A stretch of 64,000 nucleotides of DNA from NCBI GenBank assembly GCA_036500805.1, contig DASYBK010000080.1:1719-65718 (forward strand), read 5' to 3'. Within the stretch, counting starts at the first letter, position 1, and every line of letters starts with the position of its first letter. The translations under genes and the position numbers were made by a program. The notes beneath the pieces are model-generated. The model worked only from the letters and a program-made list of their open reading frames with translations. It made no database searches and was not told where the DNA came from. Source of the DNA: Acidobacteriaceae bacterium. GTDB lineage: Bacteria; Acidobacteriota; Terriglobia; Terriglobales; Acidobacteriaceae. This document shows positions 20,601 through 29,924 of this stretch, piece after piece.

Positions 20601-23600
20601 CGGACGAGCGGGGACCGTCCATCTGCACCCCCAAAGAGATCGAATGGCGTCGATGCCTCATCTTCGAGCAGCGCATGGCGGCGCGCGTCCTGCTCTTCGG
20701 CCAAGAGCGTGCTCCAGTCTTCTTCACGGATAGACAGCGCGGCAGCGTCTGCGACATGAATCCGCTCGCCGTCGCGCGTGATGGTGAGGCGGAGCGCCTC
20801 ATGCCGCGCGACCAGCGTATCGAAGGAGCGAGCGAGCGCCTCGCGGTCGAGCGGACCGTCGAGATGGAGGGTGACCGATTCGTTGAAGGCGCAGCTTGCC
20901 GCAGCATCGAGCTGCGAGGCGAGCAGGACCTCGCGCTGCGGCTCGGTGATGGGCGCTTCATCGGCTATCTGATTTGCAACCCCGGCTGTAGCTTCCGCCG
21001 CGACGCGAGCGGTTGGCGCAACGCGAGTACCAGCGACGGGCAGGGCCTCGCCGGCGCGCATCGCTTCGAGCGCTGTGCGGAAGCCCGACCGCACCTGGGC
21101 GAGGTCGGCATCGGTATGCGCGGTAGTGAGGAAACAGGGAAAGCCCTCTTGCAGATGAATCCCCTGCTCGCGCAGGTGATAGTAGACCAACCGTGCCAGG
21201 CGCGACTCAACCGGCGACGGAAAGAAGAACCAGGAGGAGAAGCTCTCGATCTGCGAGGGAAAGTTGTACTCAGCGAAGAGCGCCTGCAGATCGCCGGCCA
21301 GTGCCGCGGACTTGCCGCTGAGCGACTCCTGCAGCGATGGCCCGGCTTCCTTGAGATGGGTGAGCGCGGCGCGCACCGCAGCCATGGTGAGCGGATGGCG
21401 CACGAAGGTGCCGGCAAAGAAGGTGACGCCTGCCTGCGGGATGGAGTCGTCGCCGAAGCGCCAGCTTCCGCCGTCGAGCGCGTCCATGTAGGTGCGGCTG
21501 CCAGCGATGACGCCGATGGGCATGCCGCCGGCCACGACTTTGCCGTACGTGGCGATGTCCGCGCGGATGCCGAACAACGCCTGCGCGCCGCCAGGATGAG
21601 TGCGGAAGCCGGTGACCACTTCGTCGAACACCAGCGCGGCGCCGGACTCTTCCGTGATGGCGCGCAGCTCGCGCAGGAACTCGACTGGGCGCAGGCTGGG
21701 ATGGCGGCTCTGCACCGGCTCGACCAGCACGGCGGCGATCTCATTCTTGCGCCGGCGGATGACCTCGAGCGCGGCGGGCGAGCCGTACTCGAGCACCAGC
21801 ATGTTGTGCACGCTCTCCTGCGGGATGCCGGGCGCTGCGGGAATCGAGCGCTCCGAGCGCGTCGATTTGACCAGCACTTCGTCGATCATCCCGTGATAGG
21901 CGCCCGAGAAGAGCACGATCAGGTCACGGCCGGTGACGGTGCGGGCAAGGCGCATCGCCGCCATCACCGCTTCCGAACCGGTGTTGCAGAAGGAGACACG
22001 CTCCATGCCGGTCATGCCGGCGATCAGCGCGGCGCACTCGCCGGCCAGCTCGGTCTGCGGGCCGATGGGGAAGCCGAGCTCGAGCTGTGCACGAACAGCA
22101 TCAGTTACGAATTGCGGCGAGTGGCCGAAGAGGATCGAGCCATAGCCGTTCAGGATGTCGATGTACCGGTTCCCGTCCTTATCCCATATAGAGGGACCCT
22201 GGGCGCGCTCGACCACCAGCGGGTAGACCAGCTCCTTCCACTCGGGATGGAAGCCGGAGGCGACGCGCGGATCGGCCAGCAGATCGCGGTATTGCTGGAC
22301 GTGCTGCTTCGAGGCCGCGGTGCGCGCGTTGTAGCGCGCGATGAGGCCGGAGACGTGCTCTTTCTGAGTCGTGGTGAGCGGCGCTTCCTGGCGCAGCTCG
22401 AGCGGCTTGAGCGGCACCATGGTGCCGAGCGTTGCTTCGGGTGCAGCGTTTCCGGCAGCTTTTTGGCGAGCGACGCTGGGCAGCGGTTTTGCAAGACTCA
22501 CCGCTCCGGCAGCGGTTGCGGATGGAGGGGCTGCCGCGCTTGCGGGAGACGGCGCAGGCGAAGGTGCGGGGGCCATTCCATTGGCAGCCAGCACGGCAAG
22601 CTGCCGCTGCATGAGATCGGCCATCGCCTGCATCTGCTGGGCGAAGAGCGCGGCGTAGCCCTCGGCAGGCGTGCCGGTTGGAGGCATCGGCATCGCTGGA
22701 ATCACCGCCGGAGAGGCGGCGACGGGCTCGATGGGCGCAGCGGGTGCGCTGGCCGGCGCGTGCGGGCGCAGATGATCGGTGAGTGTGGCGAAGGTGCCAA
22801 ACTCTCCCATGATCTGGCGGAAGGTCAGCTTAACGCCGTAACGAGCGCGGATGGACTGCGTGAGCTGGGTGAGGAAGAGGGAATCGAGGCCCAGTTCGAC
22901 AAACGAAGTCGTGGCTGGAACGGTAGAAAGGTCGAGGTCGGAAAGTTCAGCGACCATCGCCTTCAACTCGTCCAGAACTGTATCTGCCTTGGGAACAGTG
23001 TCACTGATTGGGGAAACAGGAGAAGTGATTGCCATATCGGTTCCTGAAGTCGGGTCGGGGCTCGGATTCGATGCCGGGACGGCCGTGCTCGGTTGTGCCG
23101 CTGCCGCAGAGGTTTCCGTCTGCGGCGCGCCGGCTGGTATTGCGACTGCCGGTGGAGCATCGACCCAGAATCGCTTGCGTTCAAAAGGATAGGTTGGCAG
23201 CAGGATACGCCTAGGCGGCCTGCCGTTGCGGAGCCTCTCCCACTGCGGCTCCAGCCCCAATGCGGCGAGTCGCGCCAGCGCGGGCAGGATGCCGTCATGA
23301 TTCGAAGGATTTGTAACAGCGGCTGTGCCGTTGGCGTCGTTGCTCGCCGGTGCGCCCACCGCTGGAGTCAGGCTGGCGAGGATACGTCCGGCATCGAGTG
23401 TGCCGGCGAGTGTCTGGCGGATAGCGCCCTCGAGGCTGGGCGCCGGTCCCACTTCGAGGAAGATTGCATCGCCGGCGAGCGTGGCATGCGCGGCGCGAAT
23501 GGCTTCGGCGAAGCGTACCGGCTCCCGTGCCTGGAGAGCCCAGTCCCAGCCGGAGAGGTTTTCCGCGGTAACCGGAGCGCCGGTGAAGCTCGAGATCCAG

Positions 23601-25966
23601 GGTAGTCGCGGCGCGGCGGGAGCGAGCAAGGGCAGGGCGGCACGCAGGCCGGCGGGGACGGAGTCCATCGCTCGGCTATGAAAGCCATGCGAGGTGATGA
23701 GGCGCTTCGCGGCGATGCCCTGTGCGGTGAGCGTCACGGCGAAGGCGTCGATTGCGTCCGCTGGCCCGGAGACGGTGACTGCCTGCGGCGCGTTGACCGC
23801 GGCAAGATCGAGTGTGGCAGGCAGCAACGCGCGGATGCCCTCTTCCGAAGCGCGGACGGCGAGCATTGCGCCTGTCGGCCGCTGCTGCATCAGGCGACCG
23901 CGCGCAGCGATTAGCGCGAGAGCATCGTCGAGCGAGAGCGCGCCGGCAACCGTCGCTGCGACAAATTCGCCGATGCTATGACCCACCACCGTGGCGGGGC
24001 GAATGCCCCAGGATTCCCACAGCCGCGCCAGCGCGTAGCAGACCGCGAAGATGGCTGGCTGAGCAAGGTTGGTCTGGTCTAAATGCCCCAAACCGCTTAC
24101 GCCATTGCTCAAGCTGCTTTCGAGGTCGTTCAGCGCCTCATTCGAAGTGCCGGTATCCGGATAGAGCGCGGAGAGCAGGCTTTGTCCGAGCAGCGGGGCG
24201 AGGATGCGATCGCAGGTGTCGAGCTCGCGACGGAAGACCGATTCGGTGTTGTAGAGTTCGCGGCACATGCCGACGCGCTGGACACCCTGGCCGGGGAATA
24301 CAAAGATCACGCGCGGAGTGTCCAGTGCCTTTGCCGGCGCAGACCGGCGCGCGCGCAATGTTGCGGCAGCGACGGCGGGGCTTGACGCGACGATGGCGTC
24401 GCGGACCGGCAGACGCGTGCGGCCCTCCGCGAGCGTGAATGCGACGTCGGCAAGATCGGCATCACTGTTCATTTCGAGAAACTCAGCCAGGCGCAGACGT
24501 GCCTGTTCGAGCGCCGCAGGAGTCCGTGCGGAGAGCAGCAGAATCTGCGGATCGGTAGTGTCTATACCGCTATCTTGTAAAAGCTTGGGTGTATATTCCT
24601 CAACTACAACATGAGCGTTGGTGCCACCCACACCGAAGGCACTCACTCCGGCGCGAAGCGGGATACCTGCTCCTGCTTCCCACGCGGTGGGCTTGGCGGA
24701 AAAGCGATAGTCCACCCGACTGTCCGCGAACTGGCGCACGATCTCCGGATTGGGCACCTCGAAGTGCGCGAGACCGGTGATCTGGCGATGGCGCATCTGC
24801 AGCACCGTCTTGATCAGGCCGGTGATGCCGCTCGCGACATCAAGGTGGCCGAGATGGCCTTTCACCGTGCCAACGTGGACGGCAGGGCGGTCTTTGGTTG
24901 GGGTGAGCCGCGTGCGGTAGGCGCGATCAAGGCCGGCCATCTCGATCGGATCGCCGAGCGGAGTGCCGGTGCCGTGCGCTTCGATATAGGTGATGGTCTC
25001 CGGCGCGACGCCGGCCATCTCCTGCGCGGCGACGATCACATCGCTCTGGCCCTCGACACTGGGCGCGGTGTAGGCGCTTTTGCCCGAGCCATCGTTGTTG
25101 GTGGCAAAGCCGCGGATGACCGCGAGGATGGTGTCGCCGTCGGCCTCGGCATCTTCGAGGCGCTTGAGCACGACCACTCCCGCGCCCGCGCCGAAGACCG
25201 TGCCCTGCGCGCGATGGTCGAAGGGACGGACCACACCGTCGAGCGAGACGATGCCACCCTCTTCCGGAAGATAGCCGCGATGCTGCGGGAAGGTGATGGA
25301 GACGCCACCGGCCAGAGCCATATCGCAGCCATAAGTGAGCAGGCTCTGGCAGGCCTGGCAGACAGCCACGAGCGACGTAGAGCAGGCGGTCTGAACGGTG
25401 ACGCTGGGACCGCGCAAGTTGAGCTTCCAACTGACGCGCGTGGGCAGGAAGTCTTTGTCGTTGCCCATCATCGTGATGTAGGAGCCGGCCTGATAGTCAG
25501 CAGTGAAGCGCTCGAGGAAGGTGCGGTCGTGCGCGAGGTTGTGCAGAAGATAGGTGTTCAGCGCCGAGCCGGCAAAGACGCCAATGGAGGCCGAGCTTCG
25601 CTGGGGATCGTGGCCCGCGCGTTCGAGTGCCTCCCAACAGATCTCGAGGAAGATGCGGTGCTGCGGGTCCATCTGCTCGGCTTCGCGCGGATAGATGTGG
25701 AAGAGGGCCGCGTCGAAGAGGTCGACATCGTCGAGCACGGAGCGCGCGGGGACATAGCCGGGCTGGGCGGCGATGGCAGCGGAGACTTCGAGCTCCTCTG
25801 GCGCAAAGCGGCGAACCGCCTGCTTGTCTGCAACGAGGTTCTCCCACAACGCCTCGGGGGTTGCGGCTCCGGGAAAGCGGCCGGCCATGGCGATGATGGC
25901 AATTGCCGGACCCGTGGCCGCGTGCCTGTCCGCACGCTCCGATGCGGACTGCCGCACATTGCTCAT
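17684..25966 (-). CDS. Hybrid PKS-NRPS: KS-AT-ACP-class III aminotransferase-C-A-T
   Basis: KS: QTACSTS, EAHGTGT, GHLDVA. AT: GHSIGE, SHGFHS. ACP: LGLDSL. AMT: FDEVVTGFR...TYGK. C: HHIVLDG. A: YTSGSTGKPKG, YGPTE, YRTGD, NGKVD. T: LGGDSL. Confidence 0.95.
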   Translation of the reverse strand: MSNVRQSASERADRHAATGPAIAIIAMAGRFPGAATPEALWENLVADKQAVRRFAPEELEVSAAIAAQPGYVPARSVLDDVDLFDAALFHIYPREAEQMDPQHRIFLEICWEALERAGHDPQRSSASIGVFAGSALNTYLLHNLAHDRTFLERFTADYQAGSYITMMGNDKDFLPTRVSWKLNLRGPSVTVQTACSTSLVAVCQACQSLLTYGCDMALAGGVSITFPQHRGYLPEEGGIVSLDGVVRPFDHRAQGTVFGAGAGVVVLKRLEDAEADGDTILAVIRGFATNNDGSGKSAYTAPSVEGQSDVIVAAQEMAGVAPETITYIEAHGTGTPLGDPIEMAGLDRAYRTRLTPTKDRPAVHVGTVKGHLGHLDVASGITGLIKTVLQMRHRQITGLAHFEVPNPEIVRQFADSRVDYRFSAKPTAWEAGAGIPLRAGVSAFGVGGTNAHVVVEEYTPKLLQDSGIDTTDPQILLLSARTPAALEQARLRLAEFLEMNSDADLADVAFTLAEGRTRLPVRDAIVASSPAVAAATLRARRSAPAKALDTPRVIFVFPGQGVQRVGMCRELYNTESVFRRELDTCDRILAPLLGQSLLSALYPDTGTSNEALNDLESSLSNGVSGLGHLDQTNLAQPAIFAVCYALARLWESWGIRPATVVGHSIGEFVAATVAGALSLDDALALIAARGRLMQQRPTGAMLAVRASEEGIRALLPATLDLAAVNAPQAVTVSGPADAIDAFAVTLTAQGIAAKRLITSHGFHSRAMDSVPAGLRAALPLLAPAAPRLPWISSFTGAPVTAENLSGWDWALQAREPVRFAEAIRAAHATLAGDAIFLEVGPAPSLEGAIRQTLAGTLDAGRILASLTPAVGAPASNDANGTAAVTNPSNHDGILPALARLAALGLEPQWERLRNGRPPRRILLPTYPFERKRFWVDAPPAVAIPAGAPQTETSAAAAQPSTAVPASNPSPDPTSGTDMAITSPVSPISDTVPKADTVLDELKAMVAELSDLDLSTVPATTSFVELGLDSLFLTQLTQSIRARYGVKLTFRQIMGEFGTFATLTDHLRPHAPASAPAAPIEPVAASPAVIPAMPMPPTGTPAEGYAALFAQQMQAMADLMQRQLAVLAANGMAPAPSPAPSPASAAAPPSATAAGAVSLAKPLPSVARQKAAGNAAPEATLGTMVPLKPLELRQEAPLTTTQKEHVSGLIARYNARTAASKQHVQQYRDLLADPRVASGFHPEWKELVYPLVVERAQGPSIWDKDGNRYIDILNGYGSILFGHSPQFVTDAVRAQLELGFPIGPQTELAGECAALIAGMTGMERVSFCNTGSEAVMAAMRLARTVTGRDLIVLFSGAYHGMIDEVLVKSTRSERSIPAAPGIPQESVHNMLVLEYGSPAALEVIRRRKNEIAAVLVEPVQSRHPSLRPVEFLRELRAITEESGAALVFDEVVTGFRTHPGGAQALFGIRADIATYGKVVAGGMPIGVIAGSRTYMDALDGGSWRFGDDSIPQAGVTFFAGTFVRHPLTMAAVRAALTHLKEAGPSLQESLSGKSAALAGDLQALFAEYNFPSQIESFSSWFFFPSPVESRLARLVYYHLREQGIHLQEGFPCFLTTAHTDADLAQVRSGFRTALEAMRAGEALPVAGTRVAPTARVAAEATAGVANQIADEAPITEPQREVLLASQLDAAASCAFNESVTLHLDGPLDREALARSFDTLVARHEALRLTITRDGERIHVADAAALSIREEDWSTLLAEEQDARRHALLEDEASTPFDLFGGADGRSPLVRAILLKLAPAQHALILTAHHIVLDGWSINVLFEELGLLYSAARTRSTPELLPPHSLLEQARAEHAARSSAEGTAIADFWKSQYTTLPEPLQLPTDRPRPALRSHAGATYRHLFSGDFLARLRAASQQGGTTLFVTLLSTYAALLGRLTGQNDIVIGVPMAGQRDVPGKSFVGHAVNFLPLRIRPDANSTFAALANDVQNTVYDALDHQHYTLLSLIQQLKIVRDPSRLPLAEVQFNLEQVGSRLSFEGLTAQLDPNPKTAASADLFFNFVDRGVDLLLDCDYNTSLYDRETIARWIEALALLATDAAANPTHPIGELRMLSSAELEEQLIAWNQTATDYPRESSIAQLFREQAARTPDAIAVVWPAGSDGSDSLTYRELDARSDAFAAWLTTEYGKHIDSDSGLRIAISMERAPEQIVALLGTLKAGGMYVPIDPEYPAARVAMLLDDAEPQVLVTQQRLAERFSRLAVPTIAFESLRLAPATAATPLAVAATAPAYMIYTSGSTGKPKGVVVPHRAVIRLVSNTNYAHFGPDEVILQLAPVTFDASTFEIWGALLNGGRLVLMPGAKPAPEEIGAAIRQHGITTLWLTAALFHLMVMDHLDALKPLRQLLAGGDVLSVAHVRTLLEAAPRLRLINGYGPTENTTFTCCHTIQLADLDRGTVPIGQPIANTRVYLLDEAQRPVPVGVPGELCAAGDGLALGYLNAPDLTAAKFVEFRLEAGAHTIAERVYRTGDLARYTRDGLLEFLGRRDAQIKIRGYRIELGEIEHAAEQFPEVRAAVACARADWTSAEDVPGDKRLALYAISRNGMEPARFTSELREYLRTQLPEHMQPQAIVLVPSFPRTTNGKVDYRALPSPQLDHAASERTLQPPRTPLEEQLAAIFSRVLGVASVSMDDSIFELGGDSLSIFRITTQATQAGIAVTAKQLFQSKNISTLAAEIEKARREGSDTGTPATHTIKAIARDRFRKVQAV

Positions 25967-26367
25967 CGTGTTTCCTCAGCCGGGGAAGAGCCAGGCCGCA
26001 GACGCGCGAAGGCAGCCCGCTGACGGGCGCCTCGCTCAGCGGCAGAAGAGGGAGCAGGAGTCGAAGATGCGGCGGCCGACGGTTTGCCACGGAACGGCAT
26101 GGATGCCGCCGCTGTTTCATTGGCAGGTGTTGGGACCCATGACGATGCGTAGCGCGTCAGAGAGCGCGCGGTGGGCGCAGCAAAAATCGCGGAGGTGGGT
26201 ATGTCGAGCACACCTGAGGCGCGCAGGCGTGCGGCCAGCCGCGCCGCCAGCAGGGAACTGCCGCCCGATGCGAAGAAATTCTCTTCCGGTCCGAGCTGAG
26301 GCGCATCGAGAAGCTGCCGGAAGATGGCCAGCACCGCAACTTCACGCTCGGTCTCGTCAGCTGTCAT
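25963..26367 (-). CDS. Stand-alone acyl/peptidyl carrier protein
   Basis: ENFFASGGSSLL phosphopantetheinylation motif and IFAAPT; AGGAG RBS before ATG 26367; 4-bp overlap with the PKS start; basic C-terminal RQRAAFAR tail. Confidence 0.8.
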   Translation of the reverse strand: MTADETEREVAVLAIFRQLLDAPQLGPEENFFASGGSSLLAARLAARLRASGVLDIPTSAIFAAPTARSLTRYASSWVPTPANETAAASMPFRGKPSAAASSTPAPSSAAERGARQRAAFARLRPGSSPAEETR

Positions 26368-26475
26368 TGGGAACTCCTGCACGGTTGAACCCGGCTCCTA
26401 TGGAAAGGGCTCGCGGGGCGACGTTGTGGACAGGGGATACAGGCCACCTCCGGGTGCTCCCCGTTTGCCGGCCGA

Positions 26476-28698
26476 TCAGACGTGAGCCGTCTCCGTCCTG
26501 CCGCCATTGACCGCCTCCGGAGCACGTACCTCCCGCGCGGTAGCCTGCTCGGCCGCGCGCTGCGAGGCTGTCGCCACCAGCGTGGTGCCGCGCTGCTTCC
26601 TGAGCTGCCGCTGGAACTCCTCGATATCCCGCACCAACGCCGGATCGACGCGATCGCGGCTGACCCGGTTCAGGGTTACGGCGACGCCCGGCACATCCAG
26701 CCGCTCGAGCAGCGTGGCGGCGCGGTTCAGTTGTGCGCGCGTGGTGCGGCCGGATTGCACGATCAGGACTGTGCCGTCGGCGACGCGGGCCAGATATTCG
26801 GTGTCGGCGGAGATCAGGATGGGGCTGGCATCGATGAGGACGACGTCGTAATCGTCCTTCACCTCGTTCAGGATCTGCGAGACGAAGGTGCCGCTGTAGA
26901 TGGGGTTGCCGGCGGTGGGCGCACCGCCATTCATCTGCACCGCCAGATCGCCCGTGCCCGCGCGGCGCAGCTTGTCGTTATAGCGCGTGGCTCCAGGCTC
27001 GGTGGAGGCGATGTTTTCATTGCGTACGTATGCGATCTTGCCGTCGATATTGGTGGCAGCGACGGTGAGCGTGTTGAGCCCAAGGTTGCGCAACTGGCGG
27101 CCGAGTTTCTCGACCACGGTTGTGGTGCCGCTCTCGGCGGCAGTTGCGGTGAATAGGAAGGTGCGCGCGCCGGCCGCGTTGCGGGCGTGCTGGATGCCGC
27201 CGGCTAAACGTAACAGGTACTGTCCGCTGGCTTCGCTGGAGAAGTCGTCATGATCGAGCAGCACGCCGATGGGCGGGAAGCCGATGACCTGCTCGACATC
27301 CTTTGAGGTGTACACGTAAGGATCGAGCGCATCGGCGAGCAGCGCGGCCCCGATACCCGCCAGCAGCGAGACGATCAGCGCTCCGAGAGCATAGAGCAGG
27401 GTGCGGTTCTTGCCCGGCATCAGCGGCACCATGGCCGGCGACGAGAGGTGGATGGTACCCGGCGAACTGCTTTCGAGCTCCAAGTCGCGGATGCGCGAAT
27501 CGACTGCCGAGTAGCTGGTCTGCAGCCGCTGGATGTCCTGGCCCACTTCCTTGGCCTGCTGGAACTTCGGCGCGGCCGTGGTAGCCATGTGGGTCTGCGA
27601 AAGCAACTGGGCCTCGATCTGCTGCTCGACCGAGCGGGTGCGGTTCAGCTCGGCCTGGTACTGCAGCCGGCGGCGGTCGGCAATCTTCGACTCGACATTC
27701 GAAAGGCTGGAGTTCAACTGCTTGTCGATGTCGGCGATCTCCGCCTGGTTCTGGAGATAGAGCGGATTGGTCGGCGTGAGGCCGTTCATCGCCGTCATCA
27801 ATTGCGCGCGACGCATTTCGAGGTTCTGGCGCAGCGTGGAGAGGCCAACGTCAGTGGTGGCGGAATCGGTAGCGACCGCATTCAGCGCATTGCCGCGATA
27901 GGCATTCAACTGTGCCTCGGCTGCCATGCGCTGCTCTTTGGCCTGGGCCAGAAGATCGTTCAGGTGCCTCACGTTTGCGTCGTAGGTATTGTCGGTGCTC
28001 TCCTGAATGCCTACCTGCGCGACTCCCAGCTGATCCATCAACTTCGCCTGTTCAGCAAGTTTCTCGTCGAGCTGCGTCTGCAGCTTCGAGCGCTCATCGC
28101 GCAATGTGGCCAGGCGCTGGTCGCGACCGTAGAACTCCTCGCTGTGCGCCTTGGTGACGAAGGCGTCGGTCACCGCGTTGACGGTCGCTGCTGCCTTCTG
28201 CGGATCGTCCATGGTCAGCGCGATGCTGATCTGGAAGGTGGTGCTCACGCGATCGGCTTCAATCGCATGCTGCAGCCGGTTCACCGCCGAGCCGAGGCTC
28301 TCGCCGGGATGTTGCCAGGTGCCGGGGGCGAGCTTCTGGAGCGCCGCCGCCAGGATGTCGTAGCGGGTGACGGTCTGCGCCTCATCCGCGATGTACTCCT
28401 CGTAAGGACGGTCCTGCTCATGATTCTGATCGGTCGAGAGGGTGGAGGGGAAGGTCGGCGAGACGTAGACGTAGCTGGTCGCCGTGTACATGGTGCCGGC
28501 ATGGGAAACGACGAAAATGCCGGCGAGCAGCAGAACGAGCGCCGCCGTCCAAGTCGCCAGCTTGCGATGACGCTGCAGACTGTTGGGCACGTCGAGCGGC
28601 CGCTTGCGCTGCTCCTGATCGGGCGGGGGCAGCGAAGGCCGGGTGGGAAATATAACCGGGGAAAGTGCGGTCTCGTTGGTAGCTCGGTCGGGTCTCAT
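26476..28698 (-). CDS. Polysaccharide co-polymerase, Wzc/GumC-like, with degenerate kinase domain
   Basis: Two TM helices flanking a coiled-coil periplasmic region; C-terminal P-loop fold with YDVVLIDASP; Walker A reads ESGTTT. Confidence 0.85.
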   Translation of the reverse strand: MRPDRATNETALSPVIFPTRPSLPPPDQEQRKRPLDVPNSLQRHRKLATWTAALVLLLAGIFVVSHAGTMYTATSYVYVSPTFPSTLSTDQNHEQDRPYEEYIADEAQTVTRYDILAAALQKLAPGTWQHPGESLGSAVNRLQHAIEADRVSTTFQISIALTMDDPQKAAATVNAVTDAFVTKAHSEEFYGRDQRLATLRDERSKLQTQLDEKLAEQAKLMDQLGVAQVGIQESTDNTYDANVRHLNDLLAQAKEQRMAAEAQLNAYRGNALNAVATDSATTDVGLSTLRQNLEMRRAQLMTAMNGLTPTNPLYLQNQAEIADIDKQLNSSLSNVESKIADRRRLQYQAELNRTRSVEQQIEAQLLSQTHMATTAAPKFQQAKEVGQDIQRLQTSYSAVDSRIRDLELESSSPGTIHLSSPAMVPLMPGKNRTLLYALGALIVSLLAGIGAALLADALDPYVYTSKDVEQVIGFPPIGVLLDHDDFSSEASGQYLLRLAGGIQHARNAAGARTFLFTATAAESGTTTVVEKLGRQLRNLGLNTLTVAATNIDGKIAYVRNENIASTEPGATRYNDKLRRAGTGDLAVQMNGGAPTAGNPIYSGTFVSQILNEVKDDYDVVLIDASPILISADTEYLARVADGTVLIVQSGRTTRAQLNRAATLLERLDVPGVAVTLNRVSRDRVDPALVRDIEEFQRQLRKQRGTTLVATASQRAAEQATAREVRAPEAVNGGRTETAHV

Positions 28699-28737
28699 AG
28701 CGGCTCTCTGGTCTCTCCTGGGTGCTCGCTCGCGGAT

Positions 28738-29805
28738 TTAGTGGAATGCCGCGCCGAAGGTAAGGGCGGTGGTAAGCGGGCTCAATTGCTGCAGCACATA
28801 GCCGGTTTTGGCCATACCGCCGCGCGGAACATAAACGACCTCACCGGGTTTCAGCGAGACTTCCAGAGCCCCGGTGGGGGTAAGCAGATTCTTGTAACGA
28901 ATCGGCCGCTGCGTGCCGGTGGTCGGGTCGATGATCATGATCTGCGGGTTGTTGCCGGCCTTCTCCGTGATGCCCCCGGCTTCGGCGATCATCGAAGGCA
29001 GGGTGGAGTTGTGCTTCAACTGGATGGCGCCGGGATGGTTGACCTCGCCCAGGATGGAGACGAAGCGATCCTGATCGTTGGGCACAAAGACGGTGTCGTT
29101 GCGGCGGAGCCGCATGTCCGCCATGGAGCTGCCCTGGCCGAGCAGACCTTTGACATCCACCCAGATGGCCTGGTCGTTGCCGCGATAGATAGCGACGCGC
29201 TCCGGGATCGGGTCGTCGATCGTATGGCCCGTACCGGTCGGCTGCAGGAGACCCGCGCGCGTAATGGCCTCAAGCAGCGTCGGGGTCTGATCGAAGTACA
29301 TGATGCCGGGATGCTCGACGTAGCCGGTGACCAGGATGCGGTTCGATCCGTACTTATCGACGCCGACGATGCAGGAGATGTTGGTGTAGTACTTCGACAT
29401 CGCCTGATCGATTGCCTGCGCCGCCTGCTCGCGGCTCAAGCCCTCAAGCTTGATCGCGCCGGCCATGGGCAGCGTGATCCGCCCATCGGGACCGATGGTG
29501 TGCTTGCCGGAGATATCCGGGCGCCCGGCAAACTCGAGCGTGATCTCGTCGCCTCCGCCAAGCTCGTACTCCTCGTTCGCCGGCGGCTCCATAGACTTGA
29601 GCTGATTCATGGGGTTGGGATGCAAGGTCGGCGTGGTCTGCGAGCCGTTCGGAACACCACTCTGGGTGGCCCCACTCTGCGGTTCGGACGGTGGGGGAGC
29701 CGTTGCCGGTGTCTGGGCGAGTGCGGCAAACGGCAGCAACATGCCCAGCAACAGAACGGGGCCCAGCCGGGCGAGCGAGTCATGAGAGGGTGAGGTCAGG
29801 CGCAT
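28738..29805 (-). CDS. Polysaccharide export protein, Wza/OPX family with SLBB domains
   Basis: YELGGGDEI, IGPDGRITLPMAG (Poly_export), GYVEHPG and GEVNHPG SLBB repeats; signal peptide from ATG 29805. Confidence 0.88.
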   Translation of the reverse strand: MRLTSPSHDSLARLGPVLLLGMLLPFAALAQTPATAPPPSEPQSGATQSGVPNGSQTTPTLHPNPMNQLKSMEPPANEEYELGGGDEITLEFAGRPDISGKHTIGPDGRITLPMAGAIKLEGLSREQAAQAIDQAMSKYYTNISCIVGVDKYGSNRILVTGYVEHPGIMYFDQTPTLLEAITRAGLLQPTGTGHTIDDPIPERVAIYRGNDQAIWVDVKGLLGQGSSMADMRLRRNDTVFVPNDQDRFVSILGEVNHPGAIQLKHNSTLPSMIAEAGGITEKAGNNPQIMIIDPTTGTQRPIRYKNLLTPTGALEVSLKPGEVVYVPRGGMAKTGYVLQQLSPLTTALTFGAAFH

Positions 29806-29924
29806 AGAGGTTGTGACTCCTGTATCAAAACGGGTGTCGCGGAAATGGGGTGTCGCAGAATCCTGGCGGAGACCGGCTGGCGTGGCCAGCGGGCCAAGGA
29901 CTCCAGGAAGTAAAGAGCCGCAGC

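Noticed and set aside
20270-23047. 925-aa plus-strand ORF and other long antisense ORFs (2499-3785, 9617-11335, 15995-17461, 24611-26023, 27448-29793, 41192-43123)
   Set aside because: They are antisense shadows of high-GC genes whose opposite strand carries clear motifs; they show no recognisable domains.
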